Positions 56,041 to 64,000 of a stretch of DNA of 64,000 bases are shown in pieces. Both the position numbers and the translations under genes were made by a program. Source of the DNA: Eledone cirrhosa (lineage: Eukaryota); the NCBI GenBank assembly GCA_964016885.1, contig OZ024746.1, positions 1,860,001 through 1,924,000 on the forward strand, written 5' to 3'. Position 1 is the first letter of the stretch; each line of letters opens with the position of its first letter. The notes below the pieces were generated by a model that searched no databases, was not told where the DNA came from, and worked only from the letters and a program-made list of their open reading frames with translations.

Positions 56041-56959
56041 ATAAACTCTAGTACTGGATGTGGTGGTAGGATATAATATAATGAAATAACTATAGCAATG
56101 AAGAAGTACAAGTTTGAAAAGCTGTTGTTTTTGTTAACAAGAGTTTCTTTCATGTAAAAGCAACATATAATAAAGCTAGTATTTAGAGTATAGAGCTGCA
56201 GTGAAACATGGACACTGACTGTGACAGATCTAGAAAAGGTGGAAAAAAAGAGGCAACTATGCAGAATATATAACATTAACTTGCATGAAAGAAGAGGACA
56301 AGTAAACTGAAAGAACAGTCATAAAAGACATCAGCCATTGTTCACAGGACTTCTGGGGGGGGGGGGGGGGGGGGGTGATAAGTAGTAAGTGAAAAGGTAC
56401 TGTTAATAACTATAGAAGGATAAATCCGGCAGCAGAAGACCAAGAAACAAAAACTAAAATAAATGAAGAGGTCAAGGGTCATACAGTTGAAGTGGCAAAA
56501 TAATATATAACAAGTGACAATGTGCAAGTAAAATGACCTAAGCCAGCCATCATTAAAACCAAGTGTATGTGTGTGTGTGTCTGAGTAAAATAACAGACAT
56601 GAGGGTTAAGGCAAAAGAGTATGTGTACATGGGTAGAGAGAGCCAGTAGTATCAGTTTGTTGACCCAGACATGGAACAACCTAAACCACCTAAACCCCCA
56701 AAACCGCCTAAAGCCCGGAAACTCCCAGAACCACTCACACCCCCAAAACTGCCTTAACCCGCAAAACCCCTAAAACCAGCTTAACCCCCGAAACTGCCTA
56801 AAATATAGACACAACTGGATCATTTGTGTGGACTTGAAAATGGTCACTGTCCACTTGGTCAACAGAAAAGTTTCACAAAAAATCCTTGCTATATCTGAAT
56901 GTGGGACAGCTGAGATGCAGAAGGATGGTCATCCGCGAGTCTCTGGAAGCAGGCATGCA

Positions 56960-57420
56960 AACTATTGTTAATAATCCAATTGTCAGTTGAGATAAGATGA
57001 AGCAGTTCACGAAAACATTGAATACTGATGGTGAATGTTTTCAACATGTAGTCTCTGAACTACTGCTTTGTCCTTTGAGAAGATTAATGCAGGTGTATTT
57101 GATGGACCTCAGATTTGTGCCCTTGGTCGTAATGAGCAATTTATCAGAAAGATGAATGACAAGGAAAGGGCAGCATGGCTGTCATTCGTGGCAGTTATAC
57201 AAAATATACAGAAAAGCAGATGACTATGAAATTCTTGTAACTAACATGTCAGCTTTTCATGATCTTGGAAGCAAAATAAGTGTCAAACTCCATTTGCTGC
57301 ATAGTCCCCTTGATCAATTTCCTGAGAATGGAGAGAGCTTCTATCAAAATTTTGGAAGAGCGGTACCAAGGCAGATGGGACAAAAATATGATGGCAGGCT
57401 ACTCCTGGAGCATTAAGCTA
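56960..57420 (+). mobile_element. decayed Chapaev(-3)-type DNA transposase C-terminal fragment
   Basis: EKINAGVFDGPQI..ERAAWLSFVAVIQN..KADDYEILVTNM..KISVKLHLLHSPLDQFPEN..GESFYQ..EERYQGRWDKNMMAGYSW matches the Chapaev GPQIR / HFLHSHLD / GERFHQD / RYQGRW..MMADYCW signature. Confidence 0.78.
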
Positions 57421-60400
57421 GATTGCCTTTGGAAAGTCCACAAATGCAAGCTACAATGCCTGAATAAGATCTATTTTTGTTTTGCCTTCAATACTATTCC
57501 ATGTCTGACCACCTATTAGTTGTATATAATGTATGTTTTCCACTAGAAAACAGTACTCACTTATTAGAACAGAGTTACGTTTCTATATTGTGATCACTGG
57601 CAATCAATGATGAATCTATATAAATGTATTAGAGACCACTAAATGATTTAACAATTGTAACAGGAAAAATATATATATCTACATCTTTTTCACCAAAATG
57701 AATTTTTAAAGCAACATTTTAACTGCAAATTAAAACAAAGTTAATGTTTTCACGAAGACACAATAATTATTTAAATTTTATATTCGAAATAACTGTTGTG
57801 TTTCAATGGAAAATAAAATTTCTAATGAGACTCTTCATTAGAAAAGGGAAAAAAGAATACCAAAGGGCACAACAAGAACTGTTCGACTACCTCAGCTCAA
57901 CACACTCCAACATACTCTTATTTATATATTCTATCCAATATGTTAACATCCTACTCGTTCTAGTGGCTATCATTTTGAATGCCTCATTTTAAGTGGACAA
58001 CAACAACAAGCATTTTAAAGCTACCTTCCTTACAAAAGCAGGGGGTTATCCTTGCTGGCCCTATGACTAGCTTCTCTACCTTTCCCTATCATCTGTTAAG
58101 AATAGGTACACTATCTCTGCGTGTTGTAAGAGATGGCATGAGAAATTGTATCTGGCGAGAAAACAATGCCTCAAAAAGGACCTTGTGCACCCATAAACTT
58201 CCTTTGAAAAAACATTACTTCAATCTAAGTGGTTTTCTCAATAGTTCAGAGATTTAATATGGATAAATAGGAAATCTGAGGTATGTCAAATAAATTAACA
58301 ATGAGTCATTTACAGTGGTTTGAGCAAATGCTTTACAGGTTGGTAATCCAATGCCGAGAAAGTTTCATTCAGGCAATCATTCAGATAAGGAAAAAGAAGG
58401 TTTAGAACGTGACGGTAATATCAACAATAAACCAGTCTTCAAATTGAAATTAAAATTATTTTAAAACTCATAATACATTTCCGGTACACAACAGTGCTTT
58501 ATGTGAACATTAAACTCAGATATCAGAGTAAAAAGAAAAGTTACGCCACCTATAGTAGTCTGACAACATTTATAATTGCATAAGAATGGAAATATATATA
58601 ACATTAAGCATGTTAAGCTGGTCCTACCTGTTTCATAGATAGCATTTTATTGATTCAATTATAAATTGATAGAAAAGATTTTAATGCAAATAGTATTAGA
58701 TGTTATAAGCACTAATTTGACTCAGAAACTAACAACAGGTCCACTGATAAGACAAACTTAACATTTATTGCATACTGAGTACTGCACAATTTGAGAAGAA
58801 ATGATAGATGCTCTATAGTGTAAACACACTATCATTTCTTCTCAAATTAAGTAGTAACACAGTCTCCAGCCAAGTGACATTGTGTCCCAACAAGGTCCTT
58901 GCTGCTCTTTACTGTCTGAAATTGGTTCTTATACTGCCAAACATCTCCCAAATATATGTTAGCCAAAATGAAGAAACACACACCTTTGTAACATAGACAA
59001 CTGTCTTGCTAAAAAGAACACACAACCTAAAATATTTGCCACTTCAAGTAATTTTAGAGTTAATGAACTTTTTAAAATATCAAGTTTATAGCAAAGTGTT
59101 TAATTTTATGTTTGTTTTTCTGATTTTTAAAATATAAAATAAGGTATGATACTTAAATAGTAGATACAATCTTTTAAAACAGCTATTTACTAGAGACAAA
59201 TGACTATTTCCTTAACATATTACCTAAAAAAAAAAAAAGCATTGCTTCTGATTTTCAAACAATTTTGAAAATAATAAAAAAAAATTGAGGAGATTTAGTA
59301 ATATAACTATATAACTATATATAACTAATATATAACTACCTTTCTCATTATTAAACTGGTGTTTGGAACATAAAGGTTATTACATAAAATTACTATAGAG
59401 ATAAATATAAACACTTTAAAATAAATAGCTTTGTATTGTAGAATCAGGGGCAGTTGTATGCTATAGAAATAAAATTAAAATATCAGATATCAAACCAAAT
59501 AACCTGAAGGTCATATCTGTATATTATTGAAAAGATACTAGTTTTAACAAGTTACTCATATTTATCTTGAACTTCAGTAGGTTTATTTTAAGAGAACAAA
59601 CAGTACTAAGATAAGGAAATTGTCAGGTGATGAGGAGTTTGAGCATCTTACATTGCATAGAGAAGTCATAAAGAACAGTGTAATATATAGGGCATATTTA
59701 TTCCAGTGGGGGAGAGAGACATATGACTATCCCAAATCGTTACGATGTTAAACCTACTGATTAAAGAGTTGATAATTCATTTGTAGTCTCAGACATTGTA
59801 TGGTATCCACAGTAAAAAGACTTTCATTGGCTGTAAAACAAACCCCCTTCGTAGTTATAGCCAACTGTTTTAGGTAGTACCTAATTAATGCCTCATTGAA
59901 TTTTTGGTGAAATCCTTCTCTAAATATAGTTAAAAGGCAGATGAACTCTACCAGCCCTTAAATGTACCTCTTGACAAGAACAGTAGTGAAATAAACAACA
60001 CTAATTCATACATATAACCAGTTTTCTACAGATAAGTTAGGGGATTTCCAGGAAACTGTGCTTAAAACAAAGGAGACGGGGAAAACATGCTGGTCGACAG
60101 GGACCTCCCTGTATCTTCATTACCATCCTTTCTGTGGTTGTTTCATCTCACATATGTAGTGTGGGGTCTTCTGTAGAATGACATGTAAACAGTCAACTAG
60201 TTCCTGTGCCATGTCCTTCATGAGGTCAGCATTCACTGCATCATCACAAGTTTTCCTAGTGATCTCTCGCTCTCTGTGAGTGTGTGTGGGGGGGGGGGGG
60301 GAGTTCTTACATAAAATTATGATAGAGATAAATATATACACCTTAAAATACAGTTTTGTATTGTAGAAAGGAAACCCCAGACCAGTGAATGTTATAGACT

Positions 60401-60548
60401 GAGAAAAAACAAATAGATTTTTTTTCTTTCTATTATTTAATCCTGAATTATTTGATTTGATGGCAAGTGAAAGCAACAAATACGCCGAGTCGAAAGGGTC
60501 CGATTCAAAGTTGCATAACACAACTGCATCTGAAATGAGGATTGTTTC

Positions 60549-60925
60549 TGTACCAAATCAAGACATGTATTTCTTGAAAGACAACTTGTTCCAGTCTACA
60601 GAGATCTGGGATTTAATTACCAGGGGGCAGGTTAGATAAACTGACTCAATATTTCCATATTTCTGATGTCACCCTGAATCCAGCCGGTGGCCATCCTGGA
60701 CACAGCAGACTTGTCCATATACAGTCCTTTATTGAACAGACATGCCAGAATCTGAGGTCACAATATAACCCACACTGTGAAACATCCATTGATATGGCTA
60801 TGATTACCTTCACTAGACAACTGGCCTTCAACCAGTACATTCCATTGACATCTACAAATGGTAGGCTACAAGTGTGGGTTCAGGTTGATCCCTACAACAA
60901 TTATGTGAACGACTTCCAAGTTAAA
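60549..60925 (+). mobile_element. decayed piggyBac transposase fragment (PGBD4-like)
   Basis: VPNQDMYF..ITRG/RLDKLTQYFHISD..YNPHCETSIDMAMITFTRQLAFNQYIPLTSTNGRLQVW..DPTT/YVNDFQV corresponds to SIDEAMxxFxGRxxFKQYxPxKPxKWGxKVW. Confidence 0.78.
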
Positions 60926-61690
60926 ACTTAGAGCAATTTTTGTATGGGTATCTTAAATAACTATTACTTTTCACTATTCAGCTTAGGGAACTAGTGTGAA
61001 AATATCCTAGAGAAGGAAGCAGTGGTGCTAGTGGCAGCCGTCAGGGAAGAAAGAGTTAAGTAATCAAATGACACACAAATCTATATAATCTTCCTTCACA
61101 GTACATGACTTATACTCCTCTTCATGACTGTGTGAAGCTGACCCCAAATCACTGACTTATGGACAACAGGCCCACTGACAGAACTTAAACTATGTATTGT
61201 TTCAAACACATTCTAGCCATAATGAAAAGAAAAAAATACAGACACCTCTACATCTAACATGTTTTCTGGGTTCAATATGAAGATCATAGCAGCCCACTGT
61301 GACTTTGGAACCTTAATCCCCTATGACCATACCCAACCACACTTGATAAATTAAATAATGAACGTCTTACTTAGATTAACCCTCAAACTAAACAAAAAAA
61401 ATTATTTTTTAAATAAATTTCTATTCGAAAAGAAACAAACATAATTATGATTGCTTCCAAACAAAAAGAGAGAAAAAAATTGCAATAAATATTTTACATA
61501 TCACAACAAATATTGCAATAAATATTTTACATATCACAACAAATATTGCAATATATATTTTACATATCTCTAGTATTGTTTGTGTTTATCTTAAGAACCT
61601 TTACAAAGTGGCCATTAAACAATTATCTTCAAAAGATTGAAAAAACAAACAGTTATTTTAATGTTAAATAATGTTAGAGACAATACTTAC

Positions 61691-61851
61691 ATTGGATAAT
61701 GCATCAGAAACTGTACTGTTGCTACCAGGTGTGGAAGCTGGTTCTGATAAAGAGGTTTCTATGGAACCATCTGACGTGGAATTTGGTAAGTTATTAGCAC
61801 AGTCTAATGTCACTAGTTGCCGACATGTTTTATGACACGTGTATTTACAAT
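61691..61851 (-). CDS. RASSF1: RASSF1A/NORE1A-type exon: C-terminal half of the C1 (DAG-type) zinc finger plus a Ser-rich linker
   Basis: cttttacag|AT acceptor (phase 1) and AAT|gtaagt donor (phase 0). Encodes CKYTCHKTCRQLVTLDCANNLPNSTSDG...DALSN, comparable to RASSF1A CKFTCHYRCRALVCLDC. Missed by the ORF track. Confidence 0.9.
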
Positions 61852-61877
61852 CTGTAAAAGAAACAACAACATTGTTA

Positions 61878-63166
61878 TATATACATCACTATATACATCA
61901 TTGTATACATCACTATATACATCATTGTATACATCACTATATACATCATTGTATACATCACTATATACATCATTGTATACATCACTATATACATCATTGT
62001 ATACATCACTATATACATCATTGTATACATCACTATATACATCACTATATACATCAGAAAACAGAACCCAGATCCCCTCAGGGAAATGGCCTTGCTCAGT
62101 ATGTAGGAAAGGTGTAGGTAGGAACTCCATTCTCTGCCCCAAATGCAAACAATGGGTACACAAGAGATGTAGCGGGATCTCAGGAAGCTTAATTAAGAAT
62201 GTAGGATTCACATGCAGCAGCTGTGCTGAAACAGCAAGCAAACAGCCACAGGAAACAAGTACCACCAATCTCTGGGAGGGCCCTGTAGAAACAGTAGACA
62301 GCTTCTGCTACCTAGGTGACCGAATTAGCAACGGAGGTGGGTGCTCAGAAAGTACAATAACTAGGGTAAGAACGGGATGGAAGAAGTTTAGGGAACTACT
62401 ACCACTGCTAGCTGCAAAAGGCTTCTCCCTCAGAATGAAAGGCAGACTGTATGATGCGTGTATCCGAACAGCGATGTTGCATGGTAGTGAGACCTGGGCG
62501 CTGAAGGTGGAAGACTTACGTAGATTAGAGAGAAACAAAGCCTGCATGCTCCGATGGATGTGTAACAGTAATATACGTGAACGACAAAGCATAAAGGAAT
62601 TGAGAGAGAGACTGAGCATAAGAGGAATCAAATGCTGCGTGCAGGAGAGGCGGTTACGCTGGTATGGACATGTGATGCGTATGAAGGATGACAGCTGCAT
62701 AAAAAGGTGCAGAGCACTAGAAGTTGATGGAAACCGCGGAGTGGGGAGACCCAAGATGACTTGGGATGAGGTGATAAAAGCCGACCTTACCCAACTACAC
62801 CTCTCAAAGTCAATGACACACGACCGTGACTTCTGGCGTCACACAGTAATACAGGGTACCCGACCTCCCATGGGTACATGCTGAAGCATATAAACAATAT
62901 GCCCCCCCCCCCCCACCGCAAGGTGGTCGTGGAGGTGCCACGGCAAAAAAGCACCCAGCCCACACTGTAAAGTGGACGTGTAGGCGCCACGAAAAAGCAC
63001 CCAGCACTCACTGTAAATGAGGTTGGTGTTAGGAAGGGCATCCAGCTGTAGAAATCAAGCCAGATCAGTTCCTGTATGAGCAAGGCATGGTCAGCCGACC
63101 AGACACTGCCCACAACAGGACAACCCGTCTAACCCATGCTAGCGTGGAAGAACGGACGTAAAACGG

Positions 63167-63197
<31 letters not shown>

Positions 63198-63508
63198 ACA
63201 TCATTGTATACATCACTATATACATCATTGTATACATCACTATATACATCACTATATACATCACTATATACATCATTGTATACATCACTATATACATCAC
63301 TATATACATCACTATATACATCATTGTATACATCACTATATACATCATTGTATACATCACTATATACATCACTGTATACATCACTATATACATCACTATA
63401 TACATCACTATATACATCATTGTATACATCACTATATACATCACTATATACATCATTGTATACATCACTATATACATCATTGTATACATCACTATATACA
63501 TCACTACA
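61878..63508. repeat. 12-bp minisatellite TATACATCACTA/TATACATCATTG split by an RTE insertion
   Basis: The same array occurs at 61878-62056 and 63197-63508, on both sides of the LINE. Confidence 0.93.
62057..63196 (+). mobile_element. young 5'-truncated RTE-clade LINE with a PHD-like finger, intact ORF2 C-terminus and (GAT)n tail
   Basis: Uninterrupted frame to the stop at 62884: WPCSVCRKGVGRNSILCPKCKQWVHKRCSG..FTCSSC, VDSFCYLGD, LHGSETW, RRLRWYGHVMR, GRPKMTW. (GAT)n tail to ~63196. Probable TSD ATACATCA. Confidence 0.95.
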
Positions 63509-63606
63509 ATTAGACTTCTATTGTTTTCTCTCTCACTTTTTCTATTCAACTTACACAGGCTCGAGAAAGAAGATATTAAAACAATAGTGATGAAATAAAT
63601 TTGGAT

Positions 63607-64000
63607 TATAATAATAATAATAATAATAATAATGAAATTATTGTGTAAAGTGCTCAGGTGCACTACAACTCATCAAAGGTGCATGTATAGTACATAGAAT
63701 AATATACAAATGTCAGGGAAGTGAATAGTGTTTGAGTCATGATATACATGTGTGTATGTGTATGGAGGGGGTACATTAGGTGTAGTGTTGGCGAGTCTCG
63801 GGAAGCATGGAGGTTTTAAAAGATGCAGTGTCTCGACAGCTAACAACTAATGCAGGGAGTTTGTTCCATGCTTCAGCAGCTCTGAGTGTGAAAATATATT
63901 TCTGAATGTCATGGGAACTGTGCTGTTTTCTGACTTTGTGGACATGTCCACGTGTGTTAGACACATGGCAATCAAAAAGGTACTCAGGGTTGTTGTTGGC
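63607..64000 (-). mobile_element. CR1/L2-type LINE 3' end with (ATT)n tail, running off the window edge
   Basis: NTRGHVHKVRKQHSSHDIQKYIFTLRAAEAWNKLPALVVSCRDTASFK matches the TRGH..FF..R...WN.LP..VV....FK motif. Confidence 0.82.

Noticed and set aside
58628-58636. ATGAAACAG|gtagga micro first exon (MKQ)
   Set aside because: Too short to distinguish from chance without transcript data.

Overview
AT-rich eukaryotic genomic DNA. The repeat landscape (RTE LINEs with (GAT)n tails, tRNA-derived SINEs, multi-kb (TA)n) looks like an octopus or other cephalopod genome; that assignment is inference from pattern recognition. The one well-supported host gene is a minus-strand RASSF1/RASSF5 (C-RASSF)-like gene. 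Six exons with canonical GT-AG sites and matching phases (61691-61851, 52263-52412, 27376-27569, 25301-25410, 23921-24042, 21242-21412) encode the second half of a C1 zinc finger, a DSGYRS motif, a Ras-association domain and a SARAH coil. Its 5' exon(s) lie beyond the right edge of the window. The introns contain about ten unrelated minisatellites, RTE and CR1-type LINE fragments, TTAA piggyBac-type MITEs (one nested), TA MITEs, and decayed mariner, piggyBac and Chapaev-type transposase fragments. Downstream of the gene is a ~9.6 kb (TA)n tract. It hosts a Penelope-like element with inverted pseudo-LTRs, each carrying a minimal type I hammerhead ribozyme, plus a CR1-group LINE and a possible second ribozyme remnant. 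The most interesting leads are the ribozyme-bearing foldback element, two candidate unannotated RASSF exons, a branchpoint/QKI-motif array next to a 3' splice site, and a minisatellite born inside LINE coding sequence. Most long ORFs in the supplied track are repeat artefacts.
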